A stretch of 64,000 nt of DNA, from assembly GCA_965262755.1 (NCBI GenBank), contig OZ253557.1, forward strand, positions 718,619 to 782,618, given 5' to 3'. The notes under the pieces were generated by a model. That model did not search any database and had not been told where the DNA came from. It saw only the letters and a program-made list of their open reading frames with translations. Positions 8,358 through 18,002 of the stretch are shown here, piece by piece. The DNA comes from Alphaproteobacteria bacterium. Lineage in GTDB: Bacteria > Pseudomonadota > Alphaproteobacteria > UBA828. How positions within the stretch are numbered: the first letter of the stretch is position 1; the number at the start of each line of letters is the position of its first letter. The position numbers and the translations under genes were made by a program.

Positions 8358-11300
8358 GTGGTAGCCTCCATCGGCCAGATGGCGTCTGCCGAGTACTACC
8401 TGGAGAGCCAGCGCACCTTCCGGCATCCCAACGAGTACTACACGGCGGGCGAGGAGCCGGACGGCACCTGGTTCAACCCCAAGGGGCTCTTCGGCCTGGA
8501 GGACGGCGTCAAGGTCGACGCCGGCCACTTCCAGCGCCTTTACAACGGCTTCGCTCCCGACGGGTCGGGCAAGCTGGTACAGAGGGCCGGCAACCCGGAC
8601 CGGTCTCCGGGCGTCGACATGACGTTCTCCGTGGACAAGAGCGTGTCGGCTCTGTGGGCTCTCGCCGAGCCGGAGACGCGCGAGCGGATCGAGGCGATGG
8701 CCGTCGCCGCCGCGCGGGCGGCGCTGGAAGACTCGGTCCTCAAGTATTGCAGCTACACCCGTGTGGCAGAGAAGGGCGTCACCCGTCCGGTGGAAGCGGA
8801 TCTGATGGGCGCCACCTTCGTTCACGGCACCAGCCGGGAGAACGATCCCCAGCTTCATGTCCACTGCGCGATCTTCAACTTCGCCAGGACGCGCGAAGAC
8901 GGCAAGTGGCGGGCGCACCACCAGTACCCGGTCTACAGCTGGAAGAAGGCGGCCGGCGCGCTGTTTCGGGCCTACATGGCCTGGGAGCTGCAACAGGGGC
9001 TCGGCGTGCGGATCGAGCAGTACGGCCCGAACGCGGAGTTCACCCGCATCGCCGGCATGCCGGACGATCTGAAGGCCTTCTGGTCGAAGCGGCGCAAGGC
9101 CATCGTGGCGATGGCCGGCGAGCTCGGCATCCCGGCGCTCGGCAACGCCTCCCGCATGGCGGGCGTGAACAAGCTCACGCGGGAGGGGAAGTCCCACGAC
9201 AACGACCCCGAGGTGCGACACCGGCGCTGGCGGGAAGAGTCTTCGTCCTTCGTCGAGCGCGAGAGCCTGATCGCCTCGGTGACCGGGCATGACGTGAAGA
9301 TCCCGCGCGAGGCGATCCGGGAGCTCACCGATCGTCTGGACGATCTCCCCGCCCATTTGGCCCGCGAGGAAGCTGTGTTCCGGCGCCCGGACATGGTGGA
9401 GGCGGCGGCGAACGCGGCGGCGGGTCTGATGGGCCGCGACGCGGTGGGGACGACGATCGAGCGGCTGCGCCGCAACCCCGAGATCGAGCGGCTGGAGCCG
9501 AAGAAGCCAACGGCCGAATCCCGCGCCGGCATGGTTCACACGGAAGTCTATTCCACCCGCCACAATCTCGGACTGGAACAGGCGGTCCGCGACATGGCCG
9601 AGGCCATGAACGCCGATAGCAGCCACGGGCTGCCGGCCCAGGCGATCGACGACAAGGTCCATGACCTTCTGGAGAAGGGCTATCCGCTGAGCCAGGAGCA
9701 GTCGCTGGCGATCCGATACGCCACCGCGCGGGGCGGGCGGGTGGCGGTGATCGAGGGCGCGGCGGGCTCGGGCAAGACCACCACATTGCGGCCCATCACG
9801 GACCTCCACAGGGAGCACGGCTACGAGATCGTGCCGACGGCGGTGGCGTGGCGGACGGCGGTGGCGCTGGGCGACGACTGCAATGCGCGTCCTTACTGCG
9901 TCGACAAGCTCCTCAAGCTTGCCGCGAAGGGCCAGGTCGAGATCGGCAGGCGCACCCTGATCGTGGTGGACGAGGCGGGAATGCTGTCGACCCGCCAGGC
10001 GCACCACATCCTTCAGCTCTCCGAACGCCACGGGGCGAAGGTGGTGTTCGCGGGAGACACAAGGCAACAGCAGCCGGTGGAGGCGGGGCCGGGGCTGCGG
10101 CTGATCCGGGACGTCGCCGGCAGCGTCCGCGTCGACCGCATCAGGCGCCAGAAAGCCGACCTCGAAGACATCCTGGTTCATGTGCACGGGGAGACGCCCG
10201 AGCAGGCGCGGTTCCGGGCGGGGCTGACCAACCCGCAGGAGCGGGATTCCATCCTCGCGGACTACGAGGCGATGGACCGCAAACCGGTCTTCACGCCGTG
10301 GCAGGTCTCGGTCTCGGAGGCGCTCAGGGACGGGGAGGCGGAGCAGGCGATCGAGGCGTGGCGGCTCAGGGGCCGACTTCATCTCTGCCATGACGAGGAG
10401 AAGACGCTGACCCGTCTGGTGGACGACTGGGAGCGCCATGTTCGCGTGGAACCGGACGCCGCGACGGTGGTGCTCGCGCGCACCCGCGCGGAGGCACGCG
10501 CACTCTCGTGGCTGATGCGGCAGCGGGTGCTCGCGCAGACGCCCGAGGCCAAGCGCGCCGTCATCGAGGTGAGCCGGGACCTGGACGGGCGCCTGACGGA
10601 GCCGCTCGAGATCGCCGTCGGCGACCGTCTCAGGATCGGCGCCACGCAGTGGGACAAGCAGCTCTTCAACGGCACGGTGGTCACCGTCGAGGGCATCGAG
10701 ATGCACCCGGAGGTCCGGCGCGACGACGACACCTCGGTGTCGCGCAAGGCCCGGAACAGGCAGGCCGCTGGGCGCAAGGACGGCAAAGCGAGCGAGCCCA
10801 AGAGTTCGGGCGACGAGTCCCCGGTCCACATCACCGCGCGCACCGACGACGGGCGCAGGGTGGCGTTCCGCCACGACGAGATCCGCGACTACAAGGACAA
10901 CATCCGCATCGACTACGGCTATGCGATGACCATCGCCTCCGCGCAGGGGCTCACCGTCGACCGGGCCTTCCTGCTGGTCGACGACAGGCCGGCGCGGGAG
11001 ACTATCTATCCCGCCGCGACACGGCATCGCGAGGGCATCGATATCTATGTCAACCGGGCGCCGATCGTCGTCGACATCGCGGACAGGCGACCGGAAGACC
11101 GGGCGGATATGCCAGTCACGGACAGCGATGTGCGTGCGTATCTGGCCGAGCGCTGGTCGCGCTCCCAGCCCAAGGAGGCGGCGCTCGACTACGTCTCGGA
11201 CGGTGCGTGGCGCGATCCGAGGGAAGAGCCGCCGCATCATGACCGCAAGGCCGGCGAGACGCGGGAAGAGGCGGCCGAGCTGCGCGAAGCAGCCAACGAC

Positions 11301-12323
11301 AACGCGCTGGTCCGCATCGCTCAGGAGATGCGACATGCAGTCAACGGCTGGCGTCACGGCGCCACCGTGGACGCCTTCGCGGCCGAGCGCAGTGAAGTGC
11401 TGGCGGCGTGGGACGAGCTCCGCGCCCGCACCCGCGACGAGGGCGAGTCGGTGGCGCTGAGCCCCGCCTTCCGCGAGACCCTCGATCGCCACGGCGCGCT
11501 GATGAAGCAGGCGGCATCGTTCCGGTCGCGCCCGCGGACTTATCAGCGCCTGCTGGCCGATCGCGCCGGCATCGGCGAGCGCGATCTGGAGGAACTGCGG
11601 GAGGTGCATGCCCGGGCCGGCAGGTACCGGCGCTCCGCCGCCGGCAGAGCGGCGCAGGACCGGCAGGGGGAGCGGGTTGCGGAGCGCTCGCAGGAGCACG
11701 AACCGGCGCGCGAGAAGGGCATCGACGCTGCGGAAGCCGCCTCCGTTCGCCCGCCGGCCGGAGAGCCCGCCCGCGGCCGGACCCAGGCGCCGGAGCTTTC
11801 CCAGGCGGCCTATCGCCGGCTCCGGCGGGAGTGGCAGGAGCATCTCCGCCAGGCGGAGAGGCAAGGTGTGCATCCCTTCGACCTCGACGGCGCCGCCGGG
11901 CTCGTCGAACGCATCGGCGCCTTCGCCGGCAGGGAGGGGCTGCCCGCCGAGCCGCGCAGGCGTCTCGAGGAGACCGTCGTGCAATACGGCACGCATGCCG
12001 GGGCGCGCGACCGGCTGCGGGACCATATGCGGGACGTTGAACGGCACTGGCGGCGCTACGAGAGCATCGTGCGCAGGGCCCGCGCCCTCGACCGGCGGCC
12101 CGAGGACTCGCCGTCCTGGCGGAGCTGGCTGGAGCGCAACGAACGCCTGCTCCGGGCCGGCCGGGCGATCCTCGACGATCCCGGGACCTACGGCCCGCAC
12201 CTGGACCGCGCCGACGACGGCGGGGAGGGTCTGCGAAGCGCGCTGTCCCGCATGGAGCGTTTCTCGTCGGCGCAGCGCACGCAGTCCCGGTCCCGCGACC
12301 GGGGGCCCACGCGGAGCCTGTAG
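8358..12323 (+). CDS. MOB-F (TrwC/TraI-type) relaxase-helicase
   Basis: N-terminal EYYL...EYYT tyrosine pairs, DMTFS, HGTSRENDPQLHVH (HUH), Walker A GAAGSGKTT, DEAG, YAMTIASAQGLTVD. Confidence 0.95.
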   Translation: MVASIGQMASAEYYLESQRTFRHPNEYYTAGEEPDGTWFNPKGLFGLEDGVKVDAGHFQRLYNGFAPDGSGKLVQRAGNPDRSPGVDMTFSVDKSVSALWALAEPETRERIEAMAVAAARAALEDSVLKYCSYTRVAEKGVTRPVEADLMGATFVHGTSRENDPQLHVHCAIFNFARTREDGKWRAHHQYPVYSWKKAAGALFRAYMAWELQQGLGVRIEQYGPNAEFTRIAGMPDDLKAFWSKRRKAIVAMAGELGIPALGNASRMAGVNKLTREGKSHDNDPEVRHRRWREESSSFVERESLIASVTGHDVKIPREAIRELTDRLDDLPAHLAREEAVFRRPDMVEAAANAAAGLMGRDAVGTTIERLRRNPEIERLEPKKPTAESRAGMVHTEVYSTRHNLGLEQAVRDMAEAMNADSSHGLPAQAIDDKVHDLLEKGYPLSQEQSLAIRYATARGGRVAVIEGAAGSGKTTTLRPITDLHREHGYEIVPTAVAWRTAVALGDDCNARPYCVDKLLKLAAKGQVEIGRRTLIVVDEAGMLSTRQAHHILQLSERHGAKVVFAGDTRQQQPVEAGPGLRLIRDVAGSVRVDRIRRQKADLEDILVHVHGETPEQARFRAGLTNPQERDSILADYEAMDRKPVFTPWQVSVSEALRDGEAEQAIEAWRLRGRLHLCHDEEKTLTRLVDDWERHVRVEPDAATVVLARTRAEARALSWLMRQRVLAQTPEAKRAVIEVSRDLDGRLTEPLEIAVGDRLRIGATQWDKQLFNGTVVTVEGIEMHPEVRRDDDTSVSRKARNRQAAGRKDGKASEPKSSGDESPVHITARTDDGRRVAFRHDEIRDYKDNIRIDYGYAMTIASAQGLTVDRAFLLVDDRPARETIYPAATRHREGIDIYVNRAPIVVDIADRRPEDRADMPVTDSDVRAYLAERWSRSQPKEAALDYVSDGAWRDPREEPPHHDRKAGETREEAAELREAANDNALVRIAQEMRHAVNGWRHGATVDAFAAERSEVLAAWDELRARTRDEGESVALSPAFRETLDRHGALMKQAASFRSRPRTYQRLLADRAGIGERDLEELREVHARAGRYRRSAAGRAAQDRQGERVAERSQEHEPAREKGIDAAEAASVRPPAGEPARGRTQAPELSQAAYRRLRREWQEHLRQAERQGVHPFDLDGAAGLVERIGAFAGREGLPAEPRRRLEETVVQYGTHAGARDRLRDHMRDVERHWRRYESIVRRARALDRRPEDSPSWRSWLERNERLLRAGRAILDDPGTYGPHLDRADDGGEGLRSALSRMERFSSAQRTQSRSRDRGPTRSL

Positions 12324-12329
12324 CGGCCC

Positions 12330-12892
12330 TGCGGACAACGGAGCGTCTTCGTACCCTGGCGCCGCTACAACGGCTGGGAGGGCACCGGGTGCCGCGCGCT
12401 GACCGAGGCGGAGATCCGCGCCATGCGCCCGCTCGCCGCGCCCCACCATCCGGCGTGGGAGCGCTGCCCGGCCAGGGTGCGGGACCTGCACGCCCGCAAC
12501 GTCGCCGTGGTTCTCGGGATCGACATGCGCCAGCCGGTGCATGCGATGCTGTGCTGGAGTAATGTTGCCGGCAACATAACTGGTCGAGGAAGGGGGAGGA
12601 CGCCGGCGGCACCGGGATGGCGATCCGCCTCGCGCGGCATCACCGGATCCCGGTGCTCAACCGCGCCGCGCTCGACGCACGCGAGGCGTTGCGCCGGCTT
12701 GACGGCATCGCCGCTTCCATCGTTCCGGCGCCCGACCGCCGGCAGGACCGGAGCCTCGACGAGCGATCCGGCGGAGCGGTCCGGCCGCAGCCGGACAAGG
12801 GCGACAGGGATTGGTGGCGAGGGTCCGGCGACCGGCTTCCGCACGGCCAGGAGGTTCGACCTGCGGGCAGACGGCGCTCCATGCGTCCCTAG
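12330..12892 (+). pseudogene. frameshifted DprA-like/SLOG domain remnant
   Basis: Across frames: VPWRRYNG...HHPAWERCPARVRDLHARNVAVVLG...VHAMLCW / GGTGMAIRLARHHRIPVLN. Confidence 0.65.
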
Positions 12893-12977
12893 AAAGTCCG
12901 TCCGGGGCAGTGCCGCGAAGCCGGGTCCCGAACCCGGGCATGCGCGGGACGCGCATCCCGGGCCGTCTCCGGCGGCG

Positions 12978-13700
12978 TCACGGCCGTCTAACGACGAGCG
13001 GGCAGTTCACCCCGGCATTCGTCCGCATCGCTTCCGCCGCGCAGTCGACGATGGTGCGCCCGTAGTTGTCCCAGACATGGCCGCGCCAGCCGCCCGTCGG
13101 GTCGTGCAGGGGGATGACCTGGAATTGCTGCTCGACCAGCAGCCCGAGCAGGAGGGCGGCCGGCGCGGCGATCGCCACCGCGACGGCATACCAGCGCCGC
13201 CGCCGGCGCCGGTCGGTTTCTATCCAGCGGTGCATGTCCGCGGCAGGGACCGGGACGATCTCCCGGGCAGGCGCGGCCTCCGCTGCTAGCGGTTTCTCCA
13301 CGCCGAGGTCGTTCAGAGATTCCAGCAGCGACCGTGTCTTCGCGCTGTCCGCGCCGAGGCCGCCCATCTCTTCGAGCAGCTGCTCGAGGTTCTCGTTCAA
13401 CCGCCGCAAGTCGCCGGGCGCATCGACGCCGGCGTCCGCGGGCGGCGCCGCCGCCGGATCGGCCATCTCCCCGGACGGCGGCAGGTCATGGACGGGCGCG
13501 GTTTCGGCACCGGATCCCCGGTCCACCGCGCCCTCCTGTCCGGCCTCCGGGTCCGCATCCACTGCCGCCTCGGGGGCGGGTTGCACCGCATCGCTCCCGG
13601 CCCCGCCGGATTGTTCGGCGGTGAACAGGGGTCCCGCCGATTGCCCGGCCGGGTCGCCGGCCCTCGTTTCGCTGCCCGGCGGCGTCTTCTTCGCCGTCAT
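12978..13700 (-). CDS. hypothetical membrane-anchored protein downstream of the coupling protein
   Basis: AGGAGG RBS; one TM segment after an Arg run; start overlaps the T4CP stop. Confidence 0.7.
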   Translation of the reverse strand: MTAKKTPPGSETRAGDPAGQSAGPLFTAEQSGGAGSDAVQPAPEAAVDADPEAGQEGAVDRGSGAETAPVHDLPPSGEMADPAAAPPADAGVDAPGDLRRLNENLEQLLEEMGGLGADSAKTRSLLESLNDLGVEKPLAAEAAPAREIVPVPAADMHRWIETDRRRRRRWYAVAVAIAAPAALLLGLLVEQQFQVIPLHDPTGGWRGHVWDNYGRTIVDCAAEAMRTNAGVNCPLVVRRP

Positions 13701-15685
13701 GTGGTCCTCCTTGCCAGTGCGGCCCGCGGGCGCAGCCCCGGCCATCTCCTATCCCCTCCGTCCGATCCCCTGGCCGCGCGCTCCTTGCGGAGGACGAATG
13801 GGTTGGGATCGGCGTGAAATTCGGCGTCGGGGCGACGCCAGTAGCGGGCGTGGTGCAGGTGGAACGCATCGCGCGGCATGTCCTTGGGCGCCGCTATGAC
13901 GTATTGCCGGTCCGGCCCAAGGGTCATCAGCTCGTCCGGCGTCGCCAGGCGCTCGCGCACCAGGGATGTCGACTCCCCTGCCTGCCACTGGGTGTTGGCG
14001 GTGACGATGCGGCTCTCGGCGACGGTGCCTGACTTGCTCTCGGTCCGGCCCTCGAATGTTGCGGTGCCGATCGCCTTGGAGAGCTCCTCCGCGCCTTCGG
14101 CGTCGGTGCGGGGGAAGCCCAGCACCTGGACGACCTCGGCGAGATGCAGCAGCGTCCTGCGGTGCTCCTTGCCCCAACTGGAATCGAGGGCCGAGATGGA
14201 CTGGGCGAAGCACCAGAAGTGGACGCCCTTGCCGGCGGCCATGGTGTAGCCGTCCATGACCGGCTTGAGGAAGCCGATCCGCGGCATCTCGTCGATGACG
14301 ATCAGCATGTCCTTCCTGAGCGGGCGCAGGTCGGCGACGGCGTTGGGGATGGCGACCCAGAGGCGGAGCCAGCCCTTGACGTGCTCGATGGCGCGCTCCG
14401 GCGCCACCACGAACAGGTCGACGTTGCCCTGGGCGAGGTCGAGCGGGTCGAAGCTCGACGTCGCGGTGTTGGCCAGCAGCCTGGGATAGGTGAGGAAGGC
14501 GAGCTGGTTGGCGATGGTGGTGAAGTTGGAGCCGCCTTCCTCGTCGCCGACCTGGGCCTGGCGTTCGACGGCGATATGGGCGAGGCCGCCGGCGAAGCGC
14601 TCCAGCGCGGCGACATGGGCGGCGAACTCCTTGCGCCTGTCGGGCGGCTGCGAGAGCAGCTCGTGCACGCGCGCCAGGGTGCGGCGGGCCGGCGTCTCCT
14701 GAAACCGCACCCAGGCCATGTAGCCGGCGACGATGGCGCGGGCGGATTCGTAGAAATGCCGGCTGTTGTCGTGGGCGCCGGGGCGGGGCGGGGTGAGCAG
14801 GGCGTCGAGCAGCACGTTGATGTCGCTGACGGCCTCGTTCTCGTCCTCGCGGATGAACTGCAGCGGGTTGTAGGTGGCGCTCGTGACGTCGGGCAGGTGG
14901 CATTCCGGAAACGCTTCCCTGTGCCCCTCCACCACGCCGAAGGGATCGAGCAGGATGGCGCGGCGTCCCATCTGGCGGCGCCGCCTGGCGGCGATGCACC
15001 AGAGCTCGCCGCGCGGGTCGATGGTGACGGTCGAGCCGTCGAAGCCCCGGTAACCGGGCGACAGCAGGTTGAGCGCGATGATCGCGCCCTTGCCGCTTCG
15101 GGGCGGGGCGACGGTGATGGCGGAGCCTTCGAGGGACCAGCCGATGAGCCTTGCGTTGCGACCGGCGCCCCACTGGCCGAGCAGAATGCCGCGGCGTTTG
15201 GCCAGTCTTCGCAGGAAGCGGCGGCCGAGCAGGCTCGCCCTGCCGTGGAGGTCGGACTCGGCGCGCTTCCGCCGGTCTCCGCTCTTCAGATGCCTGAGGC
15301 CGGCGAGCGCCACCTCCAGCCAGAGCACGGCGAGCAGGGCGACGGCCGGTCCCGGCACGACGAACATGACCAGCCACAGACCGTCCAGCGCCCCGAGCCA
15401 GGCCATGACGGCGCCGAGCGAGGGCGCCCCTTGCAGCGGCCGCACGGCGCCGGTCCAGAGCGAGGCGGCGGCCACCGCGAGCGCCCCGCCGTAGAGCCCG
15501 AAGCGCAGCCACAGCGCGGCGTCCTTGCGGTCGGTCACCATGTAGGCCGCGAACGACGACGCCACGGCAAGGCCGAGACCGGCGGCGGAGACATCCACGG
15601 GCCGGTATCCGGTGACCGACCACGCCGACCAGGCGCCGCCGGCCGCGAGCAGGAGGGCGCAGAGCCCCGGTCCCACAATTCTCAT
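13697..15685 (-). CDS. virD4: type IV coupling protein (VirD4/TraG family)
   Basis: N-terminal TM helices, Walker A APPRSGKG, DPRGE, YNPL, Walker B IVIDEMPRIG, QSISAL. Confidence 0.92.
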   Translation of the reverse strand: MRIVGPGLCALLLAAGGAWSAWSVTGYRPVDVSAAGLGLAVASSFAAYMVTDRKDAALWLRFGLYGGALAVAAASLWTGAVRPLQGAPSLGAVMAWLGALDGLWLVMFVVPGPAVALLAVLWLEVALAGLRHLKSGDRRKRAESDLHGRASLLGRRFLRRLAKRRGILLGQWGAGRNARLIGWSLEGSAITVAPPRSGKGAIIALNLLSPGYRGFDGSTVTIDPRGELWCIAARRRRQMGRRAILLDPFGVVEGHREAFPECHLPDVTSATYNPLQFIREDENEAVSDINVLLDALLTPPRPGAHDNSRHFYESARAIVAGYMAWVRFQETPARRTLARVHELLSQPPDRRKEFAAHVAALERFAGGLAHIAVERQAQVGDEEGGSNFTTIANQLAFLTYPRLLANTATSSFDPLDLAQGNVDLFVVAPERAIEHVKGWLRLWVAIPNAVADLRPLRKDMLIVIDEMPRIGFLKPVMDGYTMAAGKGVHFWCFAQSISALDSSWGKEHRRTLLHLAEVVQVLGFPRTDAEGAEELSKAIGTATFEGRTESKSGTVAESRIVTANTQWQAGESTSLVRERLATPDELMTLGPDRQYVIAAPKDMPRDAFHLHHARYWRRPDAEFHADPNPFVLRKERAARGSDGGDRRWPGLRPRAALARRTT

Positions 15686-15729
15686 GGCCAATTCCTTCCT
15701 TCTGTTCATGGAATGCATTGCGGGCACGG

Positions 15730-16450
15730 TCAGCTCCCGGCCCCGCCGCGCCGGCTCCGGGCGCCGATGCGGACGGCGCCCATGCGCGAGATGCCGGCCA
15801 CCGCGGCGCCGCCGGTGCGCTCGCTGCCGTCGTCGCCCGCGCCCGCGCGCCCGCCGATCCAGTCGAGGACGGCCGAAGGCAGCAGGTCGATCAGCTTGAA
15901 GGAGGCGTTCATCAGCCCGTAGGCGACGATGACGTAGAGCGCGAGCATGGCGAGGAAGCCGACCGGCCCGAGGCCGCCGGAGGCGCCGGCGTCCCGCATC
16001 TGCGGCAGCCACACCTGGTTGAAGAGCCCCATGGCGGCAAGGAACACGAAGTAACCGAGGATCAGCCCGAGCAGCATCAGCGCGGGGCGCAGCACCAGGG
16101 CGGGGAGGAACAGCCAGCCCTGGCGGGTGGCATTGGTGACCAGTCGGTTGCCGTCCTCGCGGGTAGACGGGGGTGCCGGACACGTAGTGGGCGGCAAGGC
16201 GGGCGGCGATGGCGCGGATGGCCGGCAGGAGCCCGGTGAGCGCGCGGCGGTGCCCTTGCGCGGCGACGCCGGGCGCGCCGTCCGCCTCCAGGCCTGAGAA
16301 GCGGATCGCGCCGCACATGCCGTCCGGCATGCCGCGCCCGTCGCCGTCGTAGTGGAACGACAGCGTTCCGTCGTCCTCGTCCTCGTCGATCTCCACGTAG
16401 GGGTCGTCGCCGGCCAGCGCCGCGCTCTCGTTGGCTGCGCGCATGCAGGT
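15730..16450 (-). pseudogene. DotA/TraY-family inner-membrane protein remnant (internally deleted)
   Basis: C-terminal QGWLFLPALVLRPALMLLGL...SFKLIDLLPSAVLDWIGG, plus a CGAIRF-containing piece in another frame. Confidence 0.7.
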
Positions 16451-16504
16451 CCCGGCAACGGAAAGTTTTTTTTGCCCGCCCCGCCATTCCCGCACCCGGG
16501 ACGC

Positions 16505-16714
16505 TCACGCATCCGTCGACTCGCCCGTGAAGCGCCGCTTGCGCTCCTCCACCCAGCTGTCCAGATCGGCCGGGTCGTAGACCACCCGCCGCCCAAGCTT
16601 GCTGTAGCGCGGGCCCTCGCCGCTCACGCGCATCCTGTTCAGCGTGCTCGCGCCGATGCCGAGATAGCCGGCGGCTTGCCTGGTATCGAGATAGCGCGGG
16701 GCGTCGTCAGCCAT
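16505..16714 (-). CDS. AlpA/RdfS-like helix-turn-helix (excisionase-type)
   Basis: YLDTRQAAGYLG...TLNRMRVSGEGPRYSKLGRRVVYDPADLDSW. Confidence 0.88.
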   Translation of the reverse strand: MADDAPRYLDTRQAAGYLGIGASTLNRMRVSGEGPRYSKLGRRVVYDPADLDSWVEERKRRFTGESTDA

Positions 16715-16999
16715 GGCCCGGGCTCCTTCAAGTGAGAGGAAGCCCATTGAAGCGGCCCGCGCCGGGACCGGGCAGGGAGGGAGTCGGCCAACGCCGGAAT
16801 CTCCCCCCTCGAGCCGCGCCTTGCCGCGCCCCGCGGTGACGCGGGCCGACGGCCCGTCCCGCCGCACCCGGGACCGCCGCCTGCCGGCATAGGCGCACCC
16901 TGGAAGGGCGGTCACCCGGCGTGAGTTCGGCCCGCTGCCCTCGATCGGATCCGCGTCATCCGCCGCGCGCAGCGCGGCCGCGAGCCGCCGAAGCCGTCA

Positions 17000-17724
17000 C
17001 TACTCCATGAGCAGCGCCCTGTAGCCGCCTTTCATCAGCGCGAGCGACTTGTCGACACGCCAGCGCACCCGCGCCCTCATCGCGCCGTCGGAAGACCACT
17101 CCCTGGCTACCCTGGCCTCCCCGTACAGGTCGATCGCGATCAGCCGCAGGCTCCTGCCGGCGAGCTTGCCGTCGAGGACCATGAGAAGCTCATCGTCCGT
17201 GATCCGGGCACGTCTTGCGCTTCTGTTTTTTTCTCCGCCGCCGCTGCGATGGGCCAAAGATCGGCGGCCCGGCGCAGACGCAGGCCCAACTCGAGCTCGT
17301 TATCGAACCCGTAGACGATCCCGCCCGCCGGATCGAACGACGCCCCGTCCTCGATCCGCAGGTGGACCGCCGCATCGCCCTGCGCGATCCTGACGATCGC
17401 CGTGCCCGTCTCCAGGCGCAGGCCCGACAGCCGCACGCCCGGCCCCTCCAGCAGCTCCGTGAGCGGCGGCGCCCCCGGCACCGGAAAGCCTCTCATCGTC
17501 GGCGCCACCGTCCAGAAGGGCGACGCCGCTCCGTCTGCCGCAACCGGATCTTCCCGGGCCATCAGGCCCCAGGCCGCCGCCTTGCGGTCCGCCGCCGTCC
17601 GCGCCCGTATGGGGAAGGGCGCCGTCTCATCCGGCGCCGCCCCCGGCGCCTTGCGCCAGGCCCCGATGTAGTGCGGGTTCCGCTTCAGGAACCGCCAGGC
17701 TCTCGTCCCGCCCGTGTTGCTCAT
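17000..17724 (-). CDS. FseA-like activator (DUF6499 + DUF2285), split into two frames at an A7 run
   Basis: AWRFLKRNPHY...AWGL...EDP in ORF 17140-17724; LDGKLAGRSLRLIAIDLYG...W...LMKGGYRALL in ORF 17000-17257; frames overlap at T7 (17226-17232). Confidence 0.8.
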
Positions 17725-18002
17725 GATCCGCTCCCTCTGTCGTTGCCTCCTCACGCAACGGACCCCGGCCGGCCCTCCGCGCGGGGAGGGCCGTTGCCGG
17801 GGTCCGGCAGACCGTTCGGCATGCAGCTGTGATCGGGGTCATCGGACAGGGAGCGCCGGGGCGGCGAAGTCCCTATTGGGGGTAAGGGCGCCGGGCGCGC
17901 CCAGGGATCGGCGCTTCTCCGGCCGCGCGGGCGCGGACACACCCGCGCAAGCCGCTGCGGCGATACCAATTGGCGCCCGCTATACCGGGATTGCCCCGGC
18001 CG

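Noticed and set aside
8121-12542. 1473-aa minus-strand ORF
   Set aside because: Antisense shadow of the relaxase; high-GC codon bias leaves the opposite frame open and it has no motifs.
13697-16495. 932-aa ORF as one long coupling protein
   Set aside because: The N-terminal 270 aa is read-through across the DotA/TraY remnant; an RBS and TM start at 15685 fit better.
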